In this document: positions 10,868-24,939 of the stretch, piece by piece
Layout: the number at the start of each line of letters is the position of its first letter
How positions within the stretch are numbered: the first letter of the stretch is position 1
Assembly: GCA_964016885.1 (NCBI GenBank)
Contig: OZ024753.1
Span: 10,230,001-10,294,000, forward strand
Direction of reading: 5' to 3'
DNA: 64,000 nt
From: Eledone cirrhosa
Lineage: Eukaryota
Position numbers and translations under genes: made by a program
The notes under the pieces: generated by a model
Seen by the model: the letters and a program-made list of their open reading frames with translations, nothing else
Database searches by the model: none
Told to the model about the DNA's origin: nothing

Positions 10868-11589
10868 ACCCGATGTTATTATGGAAAAAAAATGGCGGAC
10901 GAGGGATTGGCTAAAAATGGCTATAAATGTATAAAAAAATAAGAAATATATAATATATAGATGAATAAATATAAGGAATAACTAATTACATAACACACCC
11001 CACCGCTTCCTTATTCAGATAATCGATTGTAAGTTGTTTTATCTGATAATACCTATTTCATTGGGGCAGACGACAAAATTGCTTGTTTGAAAGGGAAATT
11101 CGTTTAAATGTCGCCATATTGTAATTATTTTTTTCTGATACGACTATGACATCAAAAACTATACCACCACTACCATCATCATTATCATCATCATCATCAT
11201 CGACACCATCACCGCCACTACTGGTGATGTGGTGGTGTATGAAGGAACATGGTGTGTGGTGTATATTTTTAAAGGTGTTTGGCTGGTGATAATAAAATCG
11301 CAAGTTCGATTCTCAGTGGTAGGTTGTCTCCTTGAATATAACACTACATTTCACGTTGCTTCAGTATAATGAGTTTTATCTGTGAATTCAAACACTAAGT
11401 ATTAGATGTGAGTGAGTGTCTGAAAATAAATATATTGAGTACGTGTGAATGACAATTTACATATATATTTTATTTCTCAATTCTGTGGAATCTAGGAATT
11501 ATGTATTTTATTTCTCAATTCTGTGGGATGTAGGAATTATATATATATATAATATTTGATTTCTTTATATACATATTTAATTATATATA

Positions 11590-12070
11590 TCTAAACTATA
11601 ATAAAGTAAGGAGTGCGGGACTGTGTACGGTTTATAATTTTTTATCCCCTTAGTAAAATAAGCTGGATTACTTTGAATAAATAATGAATGAATATTACAT
11701 AATTTATCTACTAAATTTCGTGGCTGTTCATTAAATATATTTTATTATTTATTTAAAGATTGACTTCTTTAACATTTTCAAATGTCAACACTTTCGGTGG
11801 CGATCGCTTAAATAAACATATTAATTTTCTGTCACTAATTTTCTCCTAATGCAGTTTATATATAATATCGTCTTTTTTTTAATGTATCATGGATTACGTC
11901 ACTGATTACATAAGACAGTGTAACACAGTCTCTCTTCAATTTCTGTGTATATTGTCAATTACGATTTTATTTGACGTATTATATCTACATGTATATATAC
12001 TTGCGTATAATATCAATATACACACTACACATGCTAGCAGAAAACCACCCTAGGGTGGTTTTTCTGCTAG
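11590..12070 (+). mobile_element. Non-autonomous Helitron
   Basis: 5' a|TCtaaactataataaag; 3' hairpin gcagaaaaccaccctagggtggtttttctg ending in CTAG|t; A/T insertion site. Confidence 0.7.
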
Positions 12071-12660
12071 TATATATATATATAGATATATATATATAAC
12101 ATTTTATTTCTCATATTTTACACAATAAATTGAACAGTTTGTATCATAAAACAAAACCATTTTGTTTCAGTTGAGCCTTTCACAACACACATTGACACAC
12201 TCTCATACTCACATACACATACACACACATATACACACACATATATGATGGACATATATGATGGCTGCGAACTATGCTAGGAGTATTGCAATCGCTTGTC
12301 AGATTAAAGAAAATTATGCACTTTTAGGCCACACAAACCTGTAACATATCCCAAACAAGCAATGCCTGTGCTTATATCACACGATTATAAATCTAAGATC
12401 AATGTGTGTTTATCATAAAATCAATATTACAGAAATTAATTCTTGTAGTTGTGTGATCAACCTTCGATTGATGAAATGATAATTTTCTTTTTTCTATCCA
12501 TTCCGATTAAAAGATTTCAAGTAACGCAACCTACCCTTCACCCCCGCCTAATTATACACAAGAACAATAGAATGATCTTGAAATTAGCAGCTACGAATTT
12601 TAATCATTAACAAACATCTAAATAATACCTGGGTCAACTCTATTTTAATTAACACAATCG

Positions 12661-12975
12661 GGCTCGTCCGCAAGATCGGAACGTCGACGGCCCGTCTGAG
12701 GAAGGAGCCCCATGAGGTGGGGGTGATTGTTGCGGTGGGTCTCGCTGGCCATTGTCTGCGGGAATGCTTTTGTGGTCTTGTCCGCGAGGCGCAGCCCCTT
12801 TACCGCCGCGCCCTAGGCACAGATCCAAATCCTCCCCTCCTCATTCTCCTGTGACAACAGAGTCCTTACCATTCCCTCCCTTTCATGTTTTATTTTCCTA
12901 TTTTACATCCATTCTTCTCAATCTAAATGTTCCTTCTCTATTAAACAGTATTTACATGATATATTCCATAAATAA
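12661..12975 (+). mobile_element. CRE-like LINE 3' fragment
   Basis: Homologous to 3000-3250 (RKIG...VSLAIVCGNAF); ends in ataaataaa. Confidence 0.7.
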
Positions 12976-13351
12976 AATTAATTATTTAGAAAAACAAAAC
13001 CCAAACAAACAAACAACAAACTGATATTGTCATCAATTTGAATGTGGAGTGGAACAGTCGATTATATTGCCCCAGTACGCAACTGCAATCTTATTTTATT
13101 GATTTTAACAGAATCAGCTATCGAGATGCGTCTGAAAGATGTCCTATAGTAAAAAATGAGAGACATGTGAAGATCAGTGTACCCGATCATCTCCGAGGAT
13201 ATTACTGGTAGATATCAAGGTATTCCATCTCTACCTGCTTTTGAGACGATGCTTCTTTAACTTCTGGATAAAGGTAGGTTCGATATTACCATAACATTTC
13301 TTTAATTCACTTCACTCTAATGTTCTTTTGGAAATCAAAGGAACATTAGAA

Positions 13352-13771
13352 TTTTGAATAAATCATGAATTAATATTATATAATTTTTCTACTAAATTTC
13401 TCAGCTCTTGACTAAACATAAATATTCTTATATATAATGTATTGTTTATTTCAAAATCACTCTATATTTTATCGTTCTATCATAACATTTATATTTCCAT
13501 CACTAATTTCATTTTCTCCTTTTCCGTTTTCATAACATTTCACCGTAATGCAGTTTATATATAATATCGTCTTTTTTAATGTTTCATGGATTACTTTACT
13601 GATTACAGAAGAGAATGTAACACAGACTCTCTTCAATTTCTGTATATATATTGTCAATTACGATTTTATTTTACGTATCATATCTACATGCATATATATA
13701 TTTGCGTATAATATCAATATGTACACTACACATGCTAGCAGAAAAAACACCCGAAGGGTGCTTTCTGCTAG
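13352..13771 (+). mobile_element. 5'-truncated copy of the 11590-12070 Helitron
   Basis: Same internal sequence; 3' hairpin cacccgaagggtg followed by ctgCTAG|t. Confidence 0.7.
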
Positions 13772-13929
13772 TTAGAATAAAAAAAAAAAAAATCAGAATT
13801 TCGTTTTTCGAATGCAACATTAAAATAAGGTTTCATTAAACCCCTTGACTCTATTTTCAAAGCATCAGCAAATAACGCTATGTCCAGTATTAAAATCTTT
13901 TTATTTACTCTTAAATGTTTGTCTATGGG

Positions 13930-15113
13930 ACTAGATTTGTAAACAGTTTTGACACCGTGGGCTTACATCTGTAGACAGTTGTATGACATCGTGGACCTTC
14001 ATTTGTAAAGAGTTTTATGACATCGTCGGCCTACATTTATAAACAGTTTTATGACATCGTGGACCTTCATTTGTAAACAGTTTAATAACGTGGGCCTACA
14101 TTGTAAACAGTTTTATGACATCTTGGAGTTACATTTGTAAACAGTTTAATAACGTGGGCCTACATTGTAAACAGTTTTATGACATCATGAGCCTACATTG
14201 TGAACAATTTAATGATAACGTGGGCCTACATTGTAAACAGTTTTATGACACCGTGGGCCTACATTTGTAAACAGTTTTATGACATCGTGGACCTTCATTT
14301 GTAAACAGTTTAATAACGTGGGCCTACATTGTAAACAGTTTTATGACATCTTGGAGTTACATTTGTAAACAGTTTAATAACGTGGGCCTACATTGTAAAC
14401 AGTTTTATGACATCATGAGCCTACATTGTGAACAGTTTAATGATAACGTGGGCCTACATTGTAAACAGTTTTATGACACCGTGGGCCTACATTTGTAAAC
14501 AGTTTTATGACATCGTGGACCTTCATTTGTAAACAGTTTAATAACGTGGGCCTACATTGTAAACAGTTTTATGACACCGTGGGCCTACATTTGTAAACAG
14601 TTTTATGACATCGTGGACCTTCATTTGTAAACAGTTTAATGATAACGTGGGCCTACATTGTAAACAGTTTTATGACACCGTGGGCCTACATTTGTAAACA
14701 GTTTTATGACACCGTGGGCCTACATTTGTAAACAGTTTTATGACATCGTAAGCCTACATTTGTAAACAGATTTATGACATCGTGGGACTACATTTGTAAA
14801 CAGTTCTATGATATCGTGAGCCTACATTTGTAAACAATTTTATGACATCGTGGGCCTACATTTGTAAACAGTTTTATGATATCGTGGGACTACATTTGTA
14901 AAGAGTTTTGACACCGTGGGCCTACATTTGTAAACAGTTTTATGACATCGTGGAACTACATTTGTAAACAGTTTTATGACATCGTGGGACTATATTTGTA
15001 AACAGTTTTGACATCGTGGGCCTACATTTGTAAACAGTTTTATGATATCGTGAGCCTACATTGTAAACAGTTTTATGACATCGTGAGCCTACATTGTAAA
15101 CAATATTATGACA
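13930..15113. repeat. ~34-bp minisatellite (~35 units) with a 228-bp higher-order repeat
   Basis: Unit catttgtaaacagttttatgacatcgtgggccta; the variant pattern recurs at 14053, 14281 and 14509. Confidence 0.92.
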
Positions 15114-15146
15114 CCAAGGTCAACTTTGTCTTCCATCTATTCAATA

Positions 15147-15343
15147 CAGACCTGTCAAATCTCCCCCGTTCGACGGGGAGATTTGCAATAGCATTTGGGG
15201 TGGATGAGAGATGTCCTCTCTTGTGAAAACGGGTATAGCTTTCATTATGTAAAATCTCCCCATTTTTGCCTCATTTCGATCCATTTTGGAGCACTTTTTT
15301 TCATGGTACTCCCCGTTTGTGTTTTTAGAGGTTGGCAAGTCTG
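15147..15343. mobile_element. 197-bp MITE with a 7-bp target-site duplication
   Basis: TIR cagacctgtcaa / ttggcaagtctg; direct repeat ttcaata at 15140-15146 and 15344-15350. Confidence 0.7.
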
Positions 15344-15524
15344 TTCAATATCAGCCTGAATAGACTTGTTTTTTCTCAAAGAAACTATTTTTCGTATCTG
15401 CCACTGTCCACTCTCCCCTATCTTTCTATTTCTTCTTTAATTTCTTATTCTATTTATTGATAAAGGACTACCGTCCAAAACGTTGAGACGCTTTATATTT
15501 CTTTCTTGTTACTGTGGCGTTTGC

Positions 15525-15577
<53 letters not shown>

Positions 15578-15742
15578 ATATATATATATATATGTATATA
15601 TATGAGAGAGAGAGAGAGAGGTAGAACACTAGAAGGTAATATCCGTAGTGGTAGAGCACTCAGTCCATCCATGGGACGAGTTAGGTAGATGTGGTAACGC
15701 AACTGTTGCGTTACCACATCTCTCTCTCTCTATATATATATA

Positions 15743-15935
15743 TGAAAAGATTCAGGACCCCGACGGCTGAGCTCCGGCCGTTTCACAGCTAGACCCGTTT
15801 GGATCTACCCATCGAAACGGCCGGAACTCAGCCATCTGGGTCCTGTATCTTTTCATATTACCCACTCTACTACCCCAAGTATCGAGTACTCTGGTAGGTT
15901 ATGGTCCACCTGGTTTTTCACTACACCCTATCTGA
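15743..15935. mobile_element. PLE-like inverted-repeat element, family C (3' half of a hammerhead on each arm)
   Basis: gaccccgacggc...tttc / gaaacggc...gccgTCggggtc arms with a tail tacccactctactacc...ttatggtcca. Relatives at 29341-29478, 47897-48117, 53701-53895, 55489-55682 and 59096-59215 (reversed). Confidence 0.7.
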
Positions 15936-16347
15936 TTATATATATATATATATATAATTGTTTCTACTTTTGGCACAAGGCCAGCAATTACCCAGTAAAT
16001 TACTGGTACTTTATTTTATCGACCCCGTAAGGATGAAAGGCAAAGTAAACCTCGATGGGATTTGAACTCAAACCGTAAAGGCACGTAACTATGCTAGAAA
16101 GGGTTGGACGCAATGCTTTCTCTATATAGTAATAATAATAAATTTGAAGACTAAAATCCAAAGAGGGCTCGACAAGGATAAATATATATCAAATATATAT
16201 ATAACCGTAGAGCAAATATTTATTAAAATAACAGATTAAAGTTTAAGCAAAGAATCGCTGCTTTCACCCTTAATGGGATCTTCTGAAACTCAGAAGATCC
16301 CATTAAGGGTGAACGCAGCGATTCTTTGCTTAAACTTTAATCTGTTA

Positions 16348-16387
<40 letters not shown>

Positions 16388-16391
<4 letters not shown>

Positions 16392-16782
16392 TAAAAGGAA
16401 TTCCAACTTTGTCTGATTTACTCGTTTTATTTACAATCCTTTAAAATTTATAATGGTATTATAATGATAGAATATTAAATTCTAAGTGTTAATTGAACAA
16501 GTACTTTCATGCTTTCGCAATCTTCAGGTTCATAATATGTGGTGACAGTCAAGTTTGCAATTTTCAACTGAAAGTTTGCAATTTTCACAGTTGAAAATTG
16601 CAAACTTGACTGTCACCACATATTATGAACCTGAAGATTGCGAAAGCATGAAAGTACTTGTTCAATTAACACTTAGAATTTAATATTCTATCATACTATT
16701 TCATTATAATACCATTATACATTTTAAAGGATTGTAAATAAAACGAGTAAATCAGACAAAGTTGGAATTCCTCTTATTAATA
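16388..16782. mobile_element. PLE-like inverted-repeat element, family D (~180-bp arms)
   Basis: Near-perfect inverted arms centred at ~16580; the loop filler aaagtttgcaattttca is copied from the arm; (TA)n flank. Confidence 0.8.
16626..16664 (+). ncRNA. Minimal type I hammerhead ribozyme (family D)
   Basis: tgaac-CTGAAGA-t tgc GAAA gca t-GAAA-gtac-TT-gttca; 5-bp stem I, GNRA-capped stem II, palindromic stem III. Mirror copy at 16494-16532 (-). Confidence 0.8.
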
Positions 16783-18225
16783 TAATCTTCTATACACAAT
16801 CATACACACCCGTGTATATTTATCTCTCTCTCTTTCTCTCTCTATATATATATCAGTATATAAATAAATTATATACACCTTGAGATTTACAGGTCTGCTA
16901 CGGATAAAATAAATATTTATAAAACATGAAAAACAAAACCATAGATTGTTATTTTAGAGAAGGAGATTAGATGTTGAGGAAGCTGCCAACCTGTTTTATA
17001 CATCCACACACATGTATATATAAAATATACTGTGTGTGTTTTATATCTTCTGTTTGTGTATATCTATATATATATAACTGAGGATGTCTGTCTGTGTGTG
17101 AGTTTGAATTCATAATATTATATATATCTTGTATATGTGTGTTTGTGTATATATATCATATATATATATATTGTATATGTGTGTTTGTGTATATATTATA
17201 TATATCTTGTGTGTGTTTGTGTATATATTATATATATCTTGTGTGTGTGTGTTTATGTATATATTATATATATCTTGTATATGTGTGTTTGTGTATATAT
17301 TATATATCTTGTATATGTGTGTTTGTGTATATATTATATATATTGTATATATATATATGTGTGTGTGTATATATAGTATATATATATGTGTGTGTGTATA
17401 TATATTATATATATTGTATATGTGTTTGTGTATATATTATATATATCTATCTTGTATGTTTGTGTATATATTATATATATTGTATATATCTATGTGTGTG
17501 TGTATATATTATATATATTGTATATGTGTTTGTGTATATATTATATATATACGTTTATGTATTCTTTCTATTGGTAACATTAGCAACATGACCATTCCCA
17601 AATATGTGTGTGTATATATATGTGTATATATACATACACATATATATACATATATATATATATGTGTATATATACATACACATATATATACATATATATA
17701 TATGTGTGTATATATACATACACATATATATACATATATATATATATGTGTATATATACATACACATATATATACATATATATATATATGTGTATATATA
17801 CATACACATATATATACATATATATATATATGTGTATATATACATACACATATATATACATATATATATATATGTGTATATATACATACACATATATATA
17901 CATATATATATATATGTGTATATATACATACACATATATATGTATATATACATACACACACGTGTGTGTATACACATAGAAACACAATCACACTCACCTT
18001 TCCAAAATATGAAGACTATATTCTCAATGATATAACAATAGAAATTATTGCTCAGAACAGGAATTCATCTAATTTCTAGCGAGGTTTCTACTAAGGCGGT
18101 TCGCAGCCGACCACGGCCCTTATACCTTCTTTATATTTGTTAGATATTTGTTTTCTATAATTGCTATAATGTCCTTATATATCTGACGGCTCAGAATGAT
18201 ATTTTCAAGACGAAAAACTCTATGG

Positions 18226-18945
18226 ACAAACTACAAACTACACGTCACAAACTACACGTCACAAACTACACGTCACAAACTAGACGTCACAAACTAGACG
18301 TCACAAACTAGACGTCACAAACTAGACGTCACAAACTAGACGTCATAAACTAGACGTCACAAATTACACGTCACAAACTACGTCACAAACTAGACGTCAC
18401 AAACTAGACGTCACAAACTAGACGTCACAAACTAGACGTCATAAACTAGACGTCACAAACTACACGTCACAAACTAGACGTCACAAACTAGACGTCACAA
18501 ACTAGACGTCACAAACTAGACGTCACAAACTAGACGTCACAAACTAGACGTCATAAACTAGACGTCACAAATTACACGTCACAAACTACGTCACAAACTA
18601 GACGTCACAAACTAGACGTCGCAAACTAGACGTCACAATCTACACGTCACAAACTACACGTCACAAACTAGACGTCACAAACTAGACGTCATAAACTAGA
18701 CGTCACAAATTACACGTCACAAACTACGTCACAAACTAGACGTCGCAAACTAGACGTCACAAACTAGACGTCACAAACTAGACGTCGCAAACTAGACGTC
18801 ACAAACTAGACGTCACAATCTACATGTCACAATCTACACGTCACAAACTACGTCACAAACTAGACGTCACAAACTAGACGTCACAAACTAGACGTCACAA
18901 TCTACACGTCACAAACTACACGTCACAAACTAGACGTAACAAATT
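18226..18945. repeat. 14-bp minisatellite (acaaactagacgtc), ~51 units
   Basis: Direct tandem repeat with minor variants. Confidence 0.95.
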
Positions 18946-19089
18946 GATCCTATAGGTGAATCTTATTGATTGAAATTGTTACACTGTACAACAGTTCAAT
19001 AATTCATCAATGAGAAAGGTTCTCCAAACGTGGTCAGTTCTGGTATGAACTGAAGGTTTTGTATATCTTCTCATTGTTAATACATTAGT

Positions 19090-19240
19090 GAAGGTGCATG
19101 ACTTAGTGGTTAGTGTGTTGCGTTGATGATTAGAAGGTCGTGAGTTCGTTTCCACCCCCGGACGGCATATTGTGTTCGTGAGCAAAAACATTTTATTTCA
19201 CGTTGCTCCAGTCCACTCAGGTGGGGAGAAATGAGTTACA
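19090..19240 (+). mobile_element. tRNA-derived CORE-like SINE
   Basis: tRNA-like head plus a tgtgtcc/ttcgtgagcaa.acactttatttcacgttgctcc core. Other copies or fragments at ~11300-11365, 21319-21398, 33066-33148 (-), 50200-50304 (-) and 54325-54440. Confidence 0.65.
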
Positions 19241-19482
19241 ACGGTCCTGTTGTCCACCTGTACAGGTCTTTACCTTCCCTCGGACCACCTCGGTGTGATC
19301 GAGAAAGGAAACATGTTTGCATGGGTGTCTAGTGATCTTCTACAAAATAACCTGATCAGGATTGATCCAAGGAGAAAATCCATGGTCCGAATCATATAAA
19401 TATATCTGTTAATTTTACTTAAATCTATCGTATTTCTATCGTAAATCTATCGCCCCCTCAATCTATCGTATTTCTCATTCTT

Positions 19483-19518
19483 TCTTCTGATGAAGGACTA
19501 GCGTCCGAAACGTAAAGA
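19483..19518 (+). ncRNA. Minimal type I hammerhead ribozyme (family B)
   Basis: tctt-CTGATGA-a GGAC tagc GTCC-GAAA-cg-TA-aaga. Confidence 0.75.
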
Positions 19519-19688
19519 CACTTTCTGCTATTTCAAGCGTTAACCTAATATATTCCTTCCATATACTGTACCGATTGTGTTGTTATTTCTGTTTACCTTT
19601 TACACACACACACACATACACACATACATACATACATACATACATACATACATACATACATACATACATACATACATACACACATACA

Positions 19689-19729
<41 letters not shown>

Positions 19730-19981
19730 ACACACATACATACATACATACATACATACATACATACATACATACATACATACATACATACATACATACA
19801 TACATACATAAGAGAGGAGGGTCGGTATTGATAGAAAGATAGATATCTAGATTATATGATCTGGCAGAGGTATAGAACCGCTGACATTCAACCTTCTAAT
19901 TCTGGTAATAAATCTGTATCTTACAAACAAATTTTCTCGAGCGTACTAAGTGACAGCAGTAAGTTGTACACACACACACAC

Positions 19982-20013
<32 letters not shown>

Positions 20014-20308
20014 ACAAACAAATAGCGTTTAAAACATTTAATTAAATGTTTTAAACGCTCTTTGATTGTTATTTATAATGCGTATATAATGTTTCGGCTC
20101 TGTAATAATTTATTTTATACAAGCTATTTTCATACTTGTAATTAGATAATATTAAATATTACTCACATTATATATATTCAATAGCTATTGAAACGGTTAT
20201 TACATTTTAATTCAATTTGTTTCTGGTTATCATTGCATTTTCCGTTTGTTTCATAGATTATATATATCGTACCAAAGTGGTTTTTCAGCCTTTGTAATTC
20301 TAAACACA

Positions 20309-20376
<68 letters not shown>

Positions 20377-20558
20377 GTGCGTGTGTGTATACACACATAT
20401 ATATATATATATACACATGAGAGAGAGAGAGAGAGAGAGAAATGTGTGTTTAGAATTACAAAGCCTGATTCAGAGCACTCAACAGTTTTTCTGGGATAAC
20501 TTGAACCGTTAAGGTATATTAACCTTGGTTATGTCAAAATTTATAAAACACACTTCGT

Positions 20559-20618
20559 ATTTTATCTGATGATAGCGTACCAAAATTTTTGGTACCCTTG
20601 AAATATATATAATAGAAT
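20559..20618 (+). ncRNA. Type I hammerhead ribozyme (family E)
   Basis: attttat-CTGATGA-..gtacca..tggtac..-GAAA-tatata-TA-atagaat. Relatives at 55896-55955 (+), 22021-22084 (+), 21841-21904 (-), 58634-58692 (-) and ~63222-63280 (-, mutated core). Confidence 0.75.
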
Positions 20619-20884
20619 AAATATGGTTTTATAAATATAGTTTCCATATATATATATATATATATCAAAGGTAAACAGAAATAACAACACAATCGGTACA
20701 GTATATGGAAGGTTAACGCTTGATATAGCAGGAAGAGGGTCTTAACGTTTCGGACGCTAGTGCTTCATCAGAAGAAAGAATGAGAAATAAAATAGATCAA
20801 GGGGACGGGCGGGATGGAATTAGAAAAAATGTTTGATAAAAATAATAGGTCCATTGATGTTGACATCTCTTGCAATATATATAT

Positions 20885-21305
20885 AATATAAGACCAAAAG
20901 ATGGTTAAAAGAGTTCCAAGTATTTTATTATGCGCATTTCAAAAACAAATATCATCATAGGATGATATTTGCGTTCTCATCAGATAAAATAGGGAAACAT
21001 GATATGAAGTTTAAAAAACACTTGCGAGCAGTGAAGTGTTAAATCAACATATGTCGATTTAACACTTCACTGCTCGCAAGTGTTTTTTAAACTTCATATC
21101 ATGTTTCCCTATTTTATCTGATGAGAACGCAAATATCATTCTATGATGATATTTGTTTTTGAAATGCGCATAATAAAATACTTGGAACTCTTTTAACCAT
21201 CTTTTGGTCTTATATTATTTATACTCCAGTCCTATAAACTGTGGAGTGCTTCTTATCCGATATTTGCATTGCTTTATTGTGCTACAATAAAACTCACCTC
21301 CTACA
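20885..21305. mobile_element. PLE-like inverted-repeat element, family F (~170-bp arms plus tail)
   Basis: Near-perfect palindrome centred at ~21050. Reverse-oriented relative at 34449-34808; solo tail at 61200-61243. Confidence 0.8.
21111..21179 (+). ncRNA. Type I hammerhead ribozyme (family F)
   Basis: attttat-CTGATGA-(caaatatcat..atgatatttg)-GAAA-tgcgca-TA-ataaaat. Mirror copy at 20922-20990; also 34577-34642 (-) and 34705-34771 (+). Confidence 0.8.
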
Positions 21306-21564
21306 TATATATATAATATCGTGAGGTTGTAAGTTCGATTCCTGGACCGGCGATGCGTTATGTCCTTGAGCAAGACACTTTATTTCACGTTGCTCCTTCT
21401 AGCTGGAGTTGCAACCGATTTGGCGAAAGTCGATCGACAAATTCTTATATAAATATATATATATATATATATATAATGGAAAAATTTGAACAGGGACAAA
21501 ACAGAGAGGCAGTACAACGAATGTTTATTAATTTCACGCTCTGGAGAGTGGGGTGTTGGTGGGG

Positions 21565-21598
21565 GACGACGTTTCGGGCATCAGCCCTTCCTCAGGTG
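21565..21598 (-). ncRNA. Minimal hammerhead motif
   Basis: Minus strand: ac-CTGAGGA-a GGGC tgat GCCC-GAAA-cg-TC-gt; stem I is weak. Confidence 0.6.
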
Positions 21599-21662
21599 AG
21601 AAGTGTGTGGGAACAGAGTTCAAAGGGTGTAATGCGTGGAAGGAAAGACCAAGTGTGGGAAG

Positions 21663-21704
<42 letters not shown>

Positions 21705-21707
<3 letters not shown>

Positions 21708-22213
21708 TATGCAAAGTTTTATTTAAATTGTTGGGTTACAACGAGTAAATATTTATAACTGATATAAAAGCACTCAACAAGTATTTGGAGTATATTTACG
21801 ATATTAAATAAATGGAAACTATATTTATAAAACCATATTTATTTCATTATATATATTTCAGGGATATCATATTAAAAATATGGTATGCCTTCATCAGACA
21901 AAATACAATATAAACAGTCTTATAAATAGATAGATTTGACTACCAAATCAACTTTTTAAATGCAAGTCGGTGTTGTTACGGTATGTCGAATCTATTTATC
22001 TATAAAACTGTTTATATTGTATTTTGTCTGAGGAAGGCATAGCATATTGTTAATATGATATCCCCGAAATATATATAATGAAATAAATATGGTTTTATAA
22101 ATATAGTTTCCATTTATTTAATATTGTAAATATACTCCAAATATTTGTCGAGTGCTTTTATATCAGTTATAAATATTTACTAGTTGTAACCCAACAATTT
22201 TAAATATAACTTT

Positions 22214-22216
<3 letters not shown>
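21705..22216. mobile_element. PLE-like inverted-repeat element related to family E (~235-bp arms)
   Basis: Long imperfect inverted arms between (TA)n tracts, with a hammerhead on each arm. Confidence 0.8.
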
Positions 22217-22273
<57 letters not shown>

Positions 22274-23527
22274 TATCTCTATATCTGTGCATTCATAAGA
22301 GTATCTTCATATGTATATTGTATGTGTGTGTATATATACATATATTGTGTTTGCATGTATACAGTATATATAGATTTATATCTCCGTTTTCACGACCGAT
22401 GCAAATAAACTGTCCGTCAGTGATATAATATTACATACATAAAGTCGGACATTAAAGTTTTTATAATCTTTTCTGCTGTCATAGAATTTAGAGATTCTGC
22501 TCTATTGAACAGAGAGGGGTATAAAAAGGAAAGTCTGCAATTACATAGGGGTGGGATATTACAAACGACTTCCTGTCAGAAAAGTTGTAATATAAAATAG
22601 TTCGTTTTACTGTTGTCTAAGACGTTTTTACTTCCTTCTCTTGAAAATGTCATGTCACTCGCTGAACTTAATAACTACTGCTGCCAGAACACACGTACGT
22701 ACATACATACACACACACACACACATACACACATACACACGTACACACATACACGTACACACACAGTACGCACATACACACACACACGTACACACATACA
22801 CACACACAAGTACACACGTACACACATACACGCACACGTACACATACACACACACGTACACACGTACACATATACACACGTACACATATACATACACGTA
22901 CACACACACACGTTCACACACACACACACACACACGTACACATGTTCACACACGTACAGACACACATGCAAACACCGTACACACGTACACACAGGTACAA
23001 ACGTATACACACACACACGTGCACACGTATACACACACATACACACATACACACACACACAATACTCTCTCACACACATATGCGCACCCTCACACATTCA
23101 CACACACACATACACACACGATACTCTCTCTCAAACATACACGCACACAAACACGCACATATACACACACGATATTCTCTCTCACATACGCACACTCACA
23201 CTCACTCTTACTCATTCACATGTTCTCTCTCTCTCACATATATACACACACATATATGTATATATATATATTAGTATTATATATATGTATATAATGTTTA
23301 TACATATATGTATATATGTATGTAGAAGTGTATAATATACGTATATACAATTATGTATATATATATATATGTGTATGTATGTATATGTGTATGTATATAT
23401 ATATGTGTATGTATATATATATATATGTGTATGTATATATATATATATATGTATGTATATGTACGTATATCTATATATATCTATGTATGTGTATGTATAT
23501 GTACGTATATATATATGTGTGTGTATG

Positions 23528-23573
<46 letters not shown>

Positions 23574-23630
23574 ATGTATGTGTATATGAATATATATATG
23601 TATGTGAATATATATATGTATGTGAATATA

Positions 23631-23697
<67 letters not shown>

Positions 23698-23876
23698 ATA
23701 TAATTATACATATATTTATTAGTAAACATGTGTGCGTGCATATGTTTATGTATGTTTGCATTGCCCTTTAAGAATGTCTCATGACATACGTTTCCGATGT
23801 TATTACGTGTGCGTATGCGTATGTGTGTGTGTGTGTGAGTATATATGAATAAAAAAATATGTATGTATATGAATAC

Positions 23877-23908
<32 letters not shown>

Positions 23909-24084
23909 TTGTGTGTGTATGTATATATAGATGGCATTTTATGAACAAGTTGTAGGAGACGGTGTAAAGACACATATATTGTTGGAATATGATGGCAGCT
24001 TGTTTATACATGAAACAATAGACCTGTTTATCTATACAATATGGATGTATGTTTAGTATGTTATATAGGGGAAGGTGATACTGA

Positions 24085-24216
<132 letters not shown>

Positions 24217-24317
24217 CTCTCTCTATATATATATATATATCTATATATATATATATATATATATATATCTATATATATATATCTATCTCTCTCTCTTTCT
24301 CTTTCTCTCTCTCTTTC

Positions 24318-24367
<50 letters not shown>

Positions 24368-24489
24368 TATATATATCTCTTTCTCTCTCTCTCTGTTTCT
24401 CTCTGTTTCTCTCTCTCTCTCTATATATATATCTTTCTCTCTCTTTCTCTCTATCTCTTTCTCTCTTTCACTCTCTCTCTTTCACTCTA

Positions 24490-24548
<59 letters not shown>

Positions 24549-24859
24549 GAGTGTATGTGGGTGTGTTACTATTTGTGCGTGTGTGTATGTTGGATGTGTG
24601 TGTATATATATATGCTTATATGTTTTGTCTGTATACTATGTATATGTGCTTGTGTGTGTCTTGTGTGTGTGTACTATATGTATGTCTGTGTATGTCTATC
24701 TGAACCTGTGTGTGTCTGTGTGTATGTCTATGTGTAAAGGTGGTACTGGTCGTGCTTTTGTATAATGGACATGTGTAGCCTGTGTGTGTGTGTGTGTGTG
24801 TGAATGCGGTTACCATATACGAAAGATAAGGTGACCAAGAACAGCAATGGTGAGTATAT

Positions 24860-24939
<80 letters not shown>

